DNA from: Bdellovibrionales bacterium
GTDB taxonomy: Bacteria; Bdellovibrionota; Bdellovibrionia; Bdellovibrionales; JAUICD01
NCBI GenBank assembly: GCA_965197425.1
Contig: CBDANC010000013.1
Coordinates: 226,243 to 290,242, forward strand
Reading direction: 5' to 3'
DNA length: 64,000 bases
The position numbers and the translations under genes were made by a program. Under the pieces are notes generated by a model. The model worked only from the letters and a program-made list of their open reading frames with translations, did not search any database and had not been told where the DNA came from. The first letter of the stretch is position 1, and each line of letters begins with the position of its first letter. Positions 56,501 to 64,000 of this stretch are shown here, piece after piece.

Positions 56501-59105
56501 CGCTTGGCGGCATGACCCTAATGTAAGTATTACCACCAGAAGTTAAACCAAAGCTAAGGTTAGCAACCCCTATTGTATCCCCAACAAGATTACCTCCACC
56601 AACAGGTCCAATTTTCACCATATCCAAGAGACGATGAATGGAAAGTTCTTCCCATATAAACGTTCCTCCACCAGTAGTATTTCTTCCAAAATATGCAATT
56701 TCAGAATCAAATACTATGTCAATTACAACATCGTCTGAACCATCAGAATCATCACTTGTTACACCATCACTGGTGTATTGAAAGGAAACCTCAGAAAGCT
56801 CGATGCATCTAAGACTATTACCACTAGCATCTTCAAGCTGGAACCAACCCTCTTCACCTCTGGTACAAGGGGTCTCTGGATTACCCACATAAAATACAGA
56901 ATACTTCCTAGATACAGATAAATATCTAGTCCTATTCACGCTGTTGGCAATCAAATTGCCTTCTTCCAACCTAGCATAATTCTCTACTGAAACTTCATAG
57001 TTACCTTCCTCGTAACCTCCGCTTGGGGGCATGATCCTAATATAATGATTATCATCATCAGTTAAACCAAAGCTAAGGTTAGCAACCCCTATCGTATTTC
57101 CAACAAGATTACCTCCACCAAGTGGTCTTACCACAAGCATATCTAATAGACGATGTATCGAAAGATCTTCTAAAACAAAATCATTACTACCACCACTAAC
57201 TCCTCCAAGATACAAGACTTCAGAATCAAACACTACGTCAATTACAACATCACTTGAACCATCTGAAGAACTTGATGTGGTACCATCATTTGTGTAGCTA
57301 AAAGAAACAACGGAGAGTGATATACACCTGATCTTTCTGCCATCATCATCCACAAGCTGAAACCAACCCCGCTCACCCCTAGTACAAGGGGTCTCTGGAT
57401 CGCCCACATAAAATACAGAATGCTTCTTGATTAGAGATAAATATCTAGTCCTACTGCTATTACTACTGTTAGTAATAAGCCTTTCATCTGACAACTTAGC
57501 ATAATTTTCTACCGAAACTTCATAGTTACCTTCATCATAACCCTCGCCTGGCGGCATGATCCTAATATAATGGTTACCACCAGAAGTTAAACCAAAGCTA
57601 AGGTCATCAACTCCTATTATATCCCCAACAAGATTACTTCCACCAAGTGGTCTTACCACAAGCATATCTAATAGACGATGTATCGAAAGATCTTCTAAAA
57701 CAAAACCACTTCCAGATCTTCCAAAATATGCAATTTCAGAATCAAACACCATGTCAATTACAACATCGTTTGAACCATCAGAATAATCGCTTGCTTCACC
57801 ATCATTTATGTACTTAAAGGAAACTCTAGGGAGTTTTATGCAACTAAGTTTATTTCCACTTTCACCTTTAAGTTGAAACCAACCCCGCTCTCCATTAGTA
57901 CACGGTGTTATAGGTTCTCCTGCAAAAAATACAGTTTCCTCTTGTACTTCACTTAAATACTTATCCTTATTACTACTCGCAAAAATTAAAGGTACATCTT
58001 CTGCTTTTGCGTAATTTTTCGAAGTGATCTTATAACTACCTGCTGGATAAACACCATTCAGTAATTGAGGAGGTTTGACAGTTATATGTGACTTGCCGCC
58101 CTCATAATCAACTTCAAAATCATCGACCAAAATTAACTGACCTACAAGATTTCGATTATCTTCATTAGTTATCTCTATCATATTATAGAGATCAATGCTT
58201 TTAGATAGTGCAGAACCTCTTCCATCTTCATCGAGATAAGATACGTGAGCATCAAAGTTAATATGGATATAAACGTCTTCCTTCGGCTCATTTGATGTGC
58301 CAGAAATAGATGTGCCACTGCTATCTTTAAAATCGAACTCTACTTCAGGAAGTTTAATACAGTTGTATTCATCTTTGCCCCCACTACTTTCCTTTTCTAG
58401 TAGAAAATAGCCACTTAAACCCGAATTACAAACTTGTTCATGACCTGATAAGTCATCACAGGCAGATAGACCAAGAGAAGCAAGTATCAACATTGCTCCA
58501 CTAAGCACGGGTTTTATTTTGTCACCTAAAACACGAGAAACAGGCCTTGCAAATTTTAACCCTCTGACAGGAGTTAGTAAAAATAAAGACTGTGCAACTG
58601 AAAACTTAGTCCCCTCTCTATTACCTGGGTTATTTACAGCATAAGTATCATCTCGATTGTTTAAATCTAGATTGCCAAAAGCAGATTCACCAAAAGATTT
58701 ATATTTCTGTTCTTCAACTTTTTTAATCCCCAGCCTATTACAGTAGAGATTATTTAACGATTCATCCGAAGAACATAACGAAGACACAAATTTAAGGATG
58801 GAATCTTCGCACTGTTTAGTGTCTATTAACAGATTACCATCTTCATTTGTTTGTTGTAACTTATCAAAAATTTCTTGTGAAGAAAGCTTGTCACCATCAA
58901 TTGAATAGGCAACTTCTGATAGAATATCACATCTTGCTACCGCATTTGCTATGAGGTCCAGGTCATGCTCACTTGGCTGGGTGTAACTTTCTAAATTACC
59001 TGAAGCTGGATTCAACACCGGCGGAGTGTCCGTGCTTTGAGCATGTACATAACCTGTGAGTATAAAAACTAATAAAAAAGCTACGTAGCTTAAAAGCCCT
59101 TTCAA
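53508..59105 (-). CDS. giant exported repeat protein (1865 aa, 9 modules)
   Basis: TTG start after a GGGGGA SD. Signal MKGLLSYVAFLLVFILTGYVHA. About 170-aa Cys-containing N-domain. Internal lipobox LASLGLSAC at aa 208-216. Then nine Cys-bracketed modules: aa 226-402, 403-574, 575-747, 748-925, 926-1084, 1085-1243, 1244-1402, 1403-1621 and 1622-1865. Confidence 0.85.
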   Translation of the reverse strand: MKGLLSYVAFLLVFILTGYVHAQSTDTPPVLNPASGNLESYTQPSEHDLDLIANAVARCDILSEVAYSIDGDKLSSQEIFDKLQQTNEDGNLLIDTKQCEDSILKFVSSLCSSDESLNNLYCNRLGIKKVEEQKYKSFGESAFGNLDLNNRDDTYAVNNPGNREGTKFSVAQSLFLLTPVRGLKFARPVSRVLGDKIKPVLSGAMLILASLGLSACDDLSGHEQVCNSGLSGYFLLEKESSGGKDEYNCIKLPEVEFDFKDSSGTSISGTSNEPKEDVYIHINFDAHVSYLDEDGRGSALSKSIDLYNMIEITNEDNRNLVGQLILVDDFEVDYEGGKSHITVKPPQLLNGVYPAGSYKITSKNYAKAEDVPLIFASSNKDKYLSEVQEETVFFAGEPITPCTNGERGWFQLKGESGNKLSCIKLPRVSFKYINDGEASDYSDGSNDVVIDMVFDSEIAYFGRSGSGFVLEDLSIHRLLDMLVVRPLGGSNLVGDIIGVDDLSFGLTSGGNHYIRIMPPGEGYDEGNYEVSVENYAKLSDERLITNSSNSSRTRYLSLIKKHSVFYVGDPETPCTRGERGWFQLVDDDGRKIRCISLSVVSFSYTNDGTTSSSSDGSSDVVIDVVFDSEVLYLGGVSGGSNDFVLEDLSIHRLLDMLVVRPLGGGNLVGNTIGVANLSFGLTDDDNHYIRIMPPSGGYEEGNYEVSVENYARLEEGNLIANSVNRTRYLSVSRKYSVFYVGNPETPCTRGEEGWFQLEDASGNSLRCIELSEVSFQYTSDGVTSDDSDGSDDVVIDIVFDSEIAYFGRNTTGGGTFIWEELSIHRLLDMVKIGPVGGGNLVGDTIGVANLSFGLTSGGNTYIRVMPPSGGYDENDYEISIENYAKLSDANSILNSEGTGDSSRTRYLSLIKKHSVFYVENPETPCTRGESGYFQLRKDGQDAECIKLSAVDVSYDSFNGADDVVITVGFDSRVAHIEGDGDFEGLSNNHLLEMLEISRVNGGGNLIGDSIGLEQLSVEVVSGSHRIKIEPPVGGYLDGDYAVSIEGYVRDSDAQAVSVSDNRDDYLQKATRTSAFYVGTRNTPCARGEAGYFQLRRDGQDAGCIELSVVDVSYSSSNGADDVVITVDFDSTVSYLDDNGDFEQVSNNHLLDMLEISGVNGGSNLIGDSIGLEQLSVEVVSGNHRIKIEPPVGGYLDGDYSVEIEGYVRDLDVQAVSVSDNRGDYLQRATKTSAFYVGTRNTPCARGESGYFQLKRDGQDAECIELSVVDVSYSSSNGADDVVITVDFDSKVSHIDDDGDFEILSNNHLLDMLEISSVNGGSNLIGDSIGLEQLSVEVVSGNHRIKIEPPVGGYLDGDYSVEIEGYVRDSDAQAVSVSDNRSDYLQRATRTSAFYVGTRNTPCARGELGYFQLRKDGQNAECIKLPTPTFEFTTSDGQNISREAGRAFVVPRDAVLTIRFNGEIAYIVEQGWETLSLQRVFDMVDIRQIDECDSDSAQDYTDCTTGRNKMGTEYTIDKITVGVDANGSYIIIEPPDNGLSATSEIEYECIARDEDGNPLLDENGNPILETCTKTITGDHVVELENYVFKSDAPDAYRADNLVDGYLPTVATHIIFHLEEDACDAGSSGVFTVIDDVGDKVGCIGIPTAAISFKDDSDDSIISRSGSNIEYIVPKDHTIEILFDGIVGYVDPEETISSGNYFNKRISESEVAKVVELVEVDCDTNDDGTNDVTNYEECEPIDDNADGVGDNLLGNPIADGNGEITVEIYVDRDLADGLYKSQIRIQDQDHYVCSNAIYRIKLRNYFYSKDYSHLEDIVSIVSSEGNSIGNMEGEYGYLGEIDDQQNYYRTHIYEDTNTGQCVESSGS
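54900..56330 (-). repeat. three near-identical 477-bp in-frame tandem repeats inside the giant gene
   Basis: Encodes modules aa 926-1084, 1085-1243 and 1244-1402, each 159 aa. Most positions are identical, for example VVSG(S/N)HRIKIEPPVGGYLDGDY in all three. Confidence 0.85.
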
Positions 59106-59383
59106 AAATCCCCCAAAAAATAAGATACCCCAGTGGAGACATTCGGATAGTTCGTTCCACTACTTTAATTTATAGCCATAGATGTTAGTTTTATTTTTTG
59201 ATTTTCTGTACGCTCAGACGTCTTTATTTAAACTTAGCCTCATAAATTCTTGAATAAAGCCATAACAACAGTTAACTCATATCAAGGTTAACTTAACTGC
59301 TCATGAACCTATGTTAAACTTTGAATTAAGAGTGATAAACACCCAAGATAAAAGGATTAAAAGGGCATATAGGGACAAAAGGT

Positions 59384-62300
59384 TTAAGGCGTTGTTCGGT
59401 AGTACTCGATATGATTATCCAAAGATTCTAGATAACCATCGTTACCCGTTATATTATCAACTTCTTCTATCACACCGGATAGATGATCGTAGTCCTCTGC
59501 GTAGTAAAAATCTTTAAGTATGATCTTATAGTACTCACCACTGCTAAACGATGATCCTGTTCTCTGCTCTAGCGTTATGCGTGATCTATATGGTCTTCTA
59601 GATCTATCTTCGTCTTGGTCATCATCATAATAAGTTGCTAATACGTTGTTAGCTGTAGTTTCTGTACAGTCTTCATCAGGGATATTAGTTGTACAAGTTA
59701 ACTTTCTAATATCGACAATATCGGATATATCCCTATTAGTAAGTTCCTCAGCAGGTGCAGATGAGTCTATTTTAGCTATAAGACCATCAAATATAATTTC
59801 TATTGTATGGTCAAGAGTTACAGTATAAATACCATTTCTCTTTGCAATACTGACATCATCACTGTCCATGAAAGAGATCTCTGCAGTTGGAATGCCAATA
59901 CATCCAACCCTAATTCCAGTGCTATCTCTGAGCGTAAAATATCCATCTACCTCAGCATCACATTCATCCATATCCAAATGGAAAATCTCATGTGTTATTG
60001 TATAAGGCAAGAACCCGTCATCTCCTGTAAGATTATCAGCTTGAATTGCCCATGGAGCGTCTACTGTGTAAACATAGTTCTCTAGCTCAATTCTGTAGTC
60101 AAAAGCAGGTACAGTTGTTGTAACAATGGTACAGTTTTCTTCACCATTTACAGTAGTACATATCTCTTCTTCTACTTCAGCAACAGCGTTGTACCCGTCA
60201 TCCGGAGCATATATTCTAATAAAAGATTGTTTTCCTGTTTTGCCAACAAGTATTTTATCCGAAGTTATGCTTGTTCCTATTTCATTAACATCAGAATAAG
60301 TACAATCAGTATAATCATCACTGTCAGTGTCACAATTGAACAAAGCCCTGATATCTACCATATCAAAAACTCTGTTTGCATCTAAAGTCTGCCACCCTCT
60401 CTCACCAATGTAGGAAACTTCTCCATCAAATGTAATTGTTAAAATTGCATCGCTAGGTATTTTAAACACACTGCCAGGAGTTTTTGAAATAGGATTCCCA
60501 CTTTGTGTTGTATAGCTAAAGGTGGCTATCGGACGCTCGATACACTTAAGATTGTTGTCATCTTTTTCAAGTTGAAACCAGCCTGCCTCACCTCTAGTAC
60601 AAGGTGTTTCACCTGCACCCACATAGAATGCAGACGTCCTACTTGTCTGAGTTAAATACTCTGCTCTATTATCACTTGAAGAAACCAAGGAAGCGTCCGA
60701 AGTCTTGGCATAGTTTTTAACCATAACTTCATAAATACCCTCTACATACTTCTCAAATGGTGGGTTTATTGTAATACGACTACCTTTACTAACACTAATC
60801 TGCTCCAGACCTATGGTATCTCCAATAAGATTATCATCACCAGCTCTTAGCTTCACCTCTACCATATCTAACACATGGTGTTCTTTGAGTTCTTCCCAAT
60901 TAGCCTGCTGATCAATATAAGCAACCTTTGTGTTGAAATCTACTGTAATAACAACATCATCAGAACCAGTAGACGAACTATAAGAAACATCAACCACAGG
61001 AAGCTTTATACACCTGGTTCTTGAACCACCTAACTCAAGCTCAAAGTAACCGATCTCATGCCTATCACATGGTGTTTCTGGATCACCCACATTAAAAACA
61101 AAGTATTTTGTGGTTTGGTCTAAATATCTATCTATACCACCAGCACCATCGCTACCCTGAACTGTATAAATTAAATTAGCATCATCAACCTTAGCATAAT
61201 TTCTTATAGAAACCTCGTAGTCACCATCATCATAACCACCAGCTGGAGGCATCACTCTAATGTAGCTATCACCAGAAGATGTTGTACCAAAACTAAGATT
61301 AGCACTATTTATTTCATCACCAATAAGCTCAGTACTATCTTGCTTTATCGATACCATTTGCAGCAGACGATGCGAAGAAAGCTCTTCCCAAGTATAGAAT
61401 TCTCCACCAGGACTACCCGGCCCTATATACGCAACCTCAGAACCATCAGCATCAAACGCTATATCAATAACAATATCCCTAGCTCCAACAGGATTTTGAC
61501 CATTTTGATTAGTATTCCTAAATGAAACTTCAGGAAGTTTGATACATCTCACTCTGTTTCCTTCTCCATCAACAAGTTGGAAGTAACCTGGCTGACCCAA
61601 AGTACAAGGGTTAGTTTGAGTACCAACATAGAAATAAGTTGCTACTGATACACCATTAACATAATCAGCTGTATTCTCACTTTTGAAAATAAATCCTGCA
61701 TCAGCAACTCTAGTATAATTTTTCAATGTAATCTTGTAACTATCCTCGGAATAACCACCTATAGGAGGACCTATAATTATAGAATGTTGTCCGTTGCTGA
61801 AATTCACTCTCAACTGCTCTAAACCTATAGATTTACCAACCAGATTTGCACCACCATCAACAGGAGTAATTTCAAGCATTCCAAGTAATCTACCAGCTAC
61901 CATCTCCTGCCAACCAGTTTCATCTATATAAGCTATCTCAGAATCAAACAAAATAGTTATAACATTATTAATACCACCAAAATCACTATGAGTAAAAATG
62001 GGTTCAGGAACCTTGATACACTTACCAAGAGACTCATCTTCGTTATACAATTGGAAATAACCTAATCTACCAGTAGTACAGTTATTACTTATCTCCCCTA
62101 CAAGAAATACCGAGTATTTTTTAGCTAAAACTAAGTACCTAGCTATACCAGATTCACCAACACCTTCACTATTAACAATTAAATTTGCATCACCTTCTTT
62201 TGCGTAGTCTTCTATCGAAATTTCATAGTCACCCTCAGCCCAACCATTTTCAGGAGGCATAATCCTAATATAAGTATTACCACCAGAAGTTAAACTAAAA

Positions 62301-63823
62301 CTAAGATTAGCAATGCCTATTTCACCATCACCTACAAGCTCTCTACCATCTCGTTTTACTGATACCATTTGCAATAGACGGTGCAAAGAAAGTTCTTCCC
62401 AAGAAAAGAAATTAGCATTATCTCGTCCCAAGTATACAATTTTAGAGTCAAACACTATATCGATCACAACATCATTAGAACCATCTGGTTGAGCCAAAGT
62501 GACACCACCACTTGTGTAATTGAAAGCAACTTGAGGCAGTACTATACACTTAAGTTTACTACCGTTACTGTACTCAAGCTGAAAGTAACCAGGCAAACCC
62601 TCGGTACAAGGAGTACTAGGCTGGCCTGAATAAAAGACAGCTTGCTCTTGAGCCACCTGAAGGTATTCATTTATATTATTACTACCTGAGATTAGACTTA
62701 AATCTTTTCGTCTTACATAGTTTTTTACTGTTATTGTGTGACTACCTTCTGGATAAAAACCATCTAGCAAAGCTGGTGGCTTGATGGTGATATATGATTT
62801 ACCATCCCTGACACCAACTTCAAAATCATCCAACAGAACAAAGTCTCCCACCAAATTTACTGTGTCTTCATAATTTACCTCTACCATATCATACAGATCC
62901 AAGCTTTTAGATAACTTAGAACCTCGTCCATTTTCGTCAATGTAAGACACAATGGAGTCAAACTGAATATTGATATGCATATCTTCTTTAGATTCTTGTG
63001 AAGATCCTGAAATAGGATTACCATCCGAATCGGTGAAAGTAACTTCTACATCTGGTAATCTTATACACCCACTTTGTGGACCCTCACCGTTTCCTGCATC
63101 AGATGTTTTTTCTATTAAAAAATAGTTGCTAAGACCAGTGCTACACGCTTGTTCAGGACCCGTTAAATCATCACAAGAGGACAAGCCTAGGGAAGCCAAA
63201 ATTAACATCGCCCCACTTAAAACTGGTTTTATTTTGCTGCCCAAAATTTTTGATGCAGGCCTTGCAAGTTTTAACCCTCTTACCGGAGTTAGTAAAAATA
63301 AAGACTGCGCTACTGAAAACCTAACTTCTTTTGTATCGTCTTTTACATTGTTACTTGCAAAACGACTATTATCCCAATCGTACAAATCTAGATTACCAAA
63401 AGCAGATTCACCAAAAGTTTTATAATTGTCTTCTGATTTATCTGCATCATCAATTTTTTTAATGCCAAGCCTATTACAGTAAGTATTGTTTACTAACTCA
63501 CCTGAAGAACACAAAGATGATACAAATTCTAAAATAGCATCGCCACATTCCCTGCTGTCTATTAACAGATCACCATCTTCATTTGTTTGTTGTAACTTAT
63601 CAAAAATTTCTTGTGAGGAAAGTTCGTTGCCATCAATTGAGTGGACAACTTCTGATAAAATATCACATCTTGCTACTGCGTTTTCTATGAGGTTTAGATC
63701 ATGTTCACTTGGCTGGGTATAACTCTCTAGACTGCCTGAAGTCAGATCCAAGCTCTGGGCATTTACATAGCCAGCAAACACAAAAGCTAATAAAAAAGCT
63801 ACATAGCTTAAAAGCCCTTTCAA
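59384..63823 (-). CDS. giant exported repeat protein, paralog (1479 aa, 7 modules)
   Basis: TTG start after an AGGGGGA SD. Same signal, N-domain and internal lipobox (LASLGLSSC, Cys at aa 217) as the downstream gene. Seven modules of the same type. Confidence 0.85.
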   Translation of the reverse strand: MKGLLSYVAFLLAFVFAGYVNAQSLDLTSGSLESYTQPSEHDLNLIENAVARCDILSEVVHSIDGNELSSQEIFDKLQQTNEDGDLLIDSRECGDAILEFVSSLCSSGELVNNTYCNRLGIKKIDDADKSEDNYKTFGESAFGNLDLYDWDNSRFASNNVKDDTKEVRFSVAQSLFLLTPVRGLKLARPASKILGSKIKPVLSGAMLILASLGLSSCDDLTGPEQACSTGLSNYFLIEKTSDAGNGEGPQSGCIRLPDVEVTFTDSDGNPISGSSQESKEDMHINIQFDSIVSYIDENGRGSKLSKSLDLYDMVEVNYEDTVNLVGDFVLLDDFEVGVRDGKSYITIKPPALLDGFYPEGSHTITVKNYVRRKDLSLISGSNNINEYLQVAQEQAVFYSGQPSTPCTEGLPGYFQLEYSNGSKLKCIVLPQVAFNYTSGGVTLAQPDGSNDVVIDIVFDSKIVYLGRDNANFFSWEELSLHRLLQMVSVKRDGRELVGDGEIGIANLSFSLTSGGNTYIRIMPPENGWAEGDYEISIEDYAKEGDANLIVNSEGVGESGIARYLVLAKKYSVFLVGEISNNCTTGRLGYFQLYNEDESLGKCIKVPEPIFTHSDFGGINNVITILFDSEIAYIDETGWQEMVAGRLLGMLEITPVDGGANLVGKSIGLEQLRVNFSNGQHSIIIGPPIGGYSEDSYKITLKNYTRVADAGFIFKSENTADYVNGVSVATYFYVGTQTNPCTLGQPGYFQLVDGEGNRVRCIKLPEVSFRNTNQNGQNPVGARDIVIDIAFDADGSEVAYIGPGSPGGEFYTWEELSSHRLLQMVSIKQDSTELIGDEINSANLSFGTTSSGDSYIRVMPPAGGYDDGDYEVSIRNYAKVDDANLIYTVQGSDGAGGIDRYLDQTTKYFVFNVGDPETPCDRHEIGYFELELGGSRTRCIKLPVVDVSYSSSTGSDDVVITVDFNTKVAYIDQQANWEELKEHHVLDMVEVKLRAGDDNLIGDTIGLEQISVSKGSRITINPPFEKYVEGIYEVMVKNYAKTSDASLVSSSDNRAEYLTQTSRTSAFYVGAGETPCTRGEAGWFQLEKDDNNLKCIERPIATFSYTTQSGNPISKTPGSVFKIPSDAILTITFDGEVSYIGERGWQTLDANRVFDMVDIRALFNCDTDSDDYTDCTYSDVNEIGTSITSDKILVGKTGKQSFIRIYAPDDGYNAVAEVEEEICTTVNGEENCTIVTTTVPAFDYRIELENYVYTVDAPWAIQADNLTGDDGFLPYTITHEIFHLDMDECDAEVDGYFTLRDSTGIRVGCIGIPTAEISFMDSDDVSIAKRNGIYTVTLDHTIEIIFDGLIAKIDSSAPAEELTNRDISDIVDIRKLTCTTNIPDEDCTETTANNVLATYYDDDQDEDRSRRPYRSRITLEQRTGSSFSSGEYYKIILKDFYYAEDYDHLSGVIEEVDNITGNDGYLESLDNHIEYYRTTP

Positions 63824-64000
63824 GAATCCCCCTAAAAGTAATATCCCTCAATGGGAATATTCGGATGGTTTGTTCTACTATGTTAGCGTATAACCATAAA
63901 TTAGTTTTATATTTTTGATTTTCTGTATGAATATCCTTAAGACAAAGGACAAGAGACAAGATCGGCATCGTGTCCAGAGCTGGGTAATTCGCTAGACCAA

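Noticed and set aside
53508-63823. Diversity-generating retroelement or other hypervariation mechanism acting on the giant repeat genes
   Set aside because: No reverse transcriptase or template repeat is present. Differences between near-identical modules are not adenine-specific.
63705-63968. 87-aa and 69-aa ORFs overlapping the 5' end and upstream region of the second giant gene (also 59311-59517)
   Set aside because: They lie in the conserved leader/promoter block or overlap the giant ORF. They have no SD and no conservation of a reading frame between the two paralogous upstream regions.

Overview
AT-rich (about one-third G+C by eye), gene-dense bacterial chromosome segment. Relaxed lipobox-type signals, a sigma-54 activator and a DMT transporter suggest a diderm organism, but I cannot assign a lineage. 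No rRNA genes, CRISPR array, transposase, integrase or phage genes were seen.

Housekeeping content:
- a propionyl-CoA to succinyl-CoA module (carboxyltransferase, biotin carboxylase, biotinyl carrier, methylmalonyl-CoA mutase catalytic chain)
- asnS, purine nucleoside phosphorylase, citrate synthase
- polyprenol-kinase-like gene, then pssA, asd and hemF; hemB
- N-domain-less clpB, nfu, galU, tRNA-Arg(UCU), purB
- the conserved prs-rplY(ctc)-pth-ychF cluster

Accessory content:
- seven exported ankyrin-repeat proteins plus one relic
- two SPPY DNA methyltransferases, one paired with a small putative restriction endonuclease
- a sensor-less sigma-54 activator
- a vWA lipoprotein convergent with a clpB / Lys-rich coiled-coil / CFI-box-like anchored protein string
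- two tandem SpoIID/LytB paralogs and a metzincin

The most unusual locus is at the 3' end of the window. Two tandem giant paralogs (1865 and 1479 aa) are built from a roughly 160-175 aa cysteine-bracketed module that I do not recognise. Each carries an N-terminal Sec signal plus a second, internal lipoprotein-type signal about 200 aa in.

Non-coding observations:
- a roughly 120-bp intergenic repeat family (5 copies, all in one orientation, each 5' of a minus-strand gene)
- GGCAATCG 8-mer arrays
- two tandem 75-bp relics of the tRNA-Arg 3' portion
- a G9 tract upstream of an ankyrin gene
- a likely ATT start codon conserved in two ankyrin paralogs

All functional calls come from motif recognition by eye. 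No database search was run.
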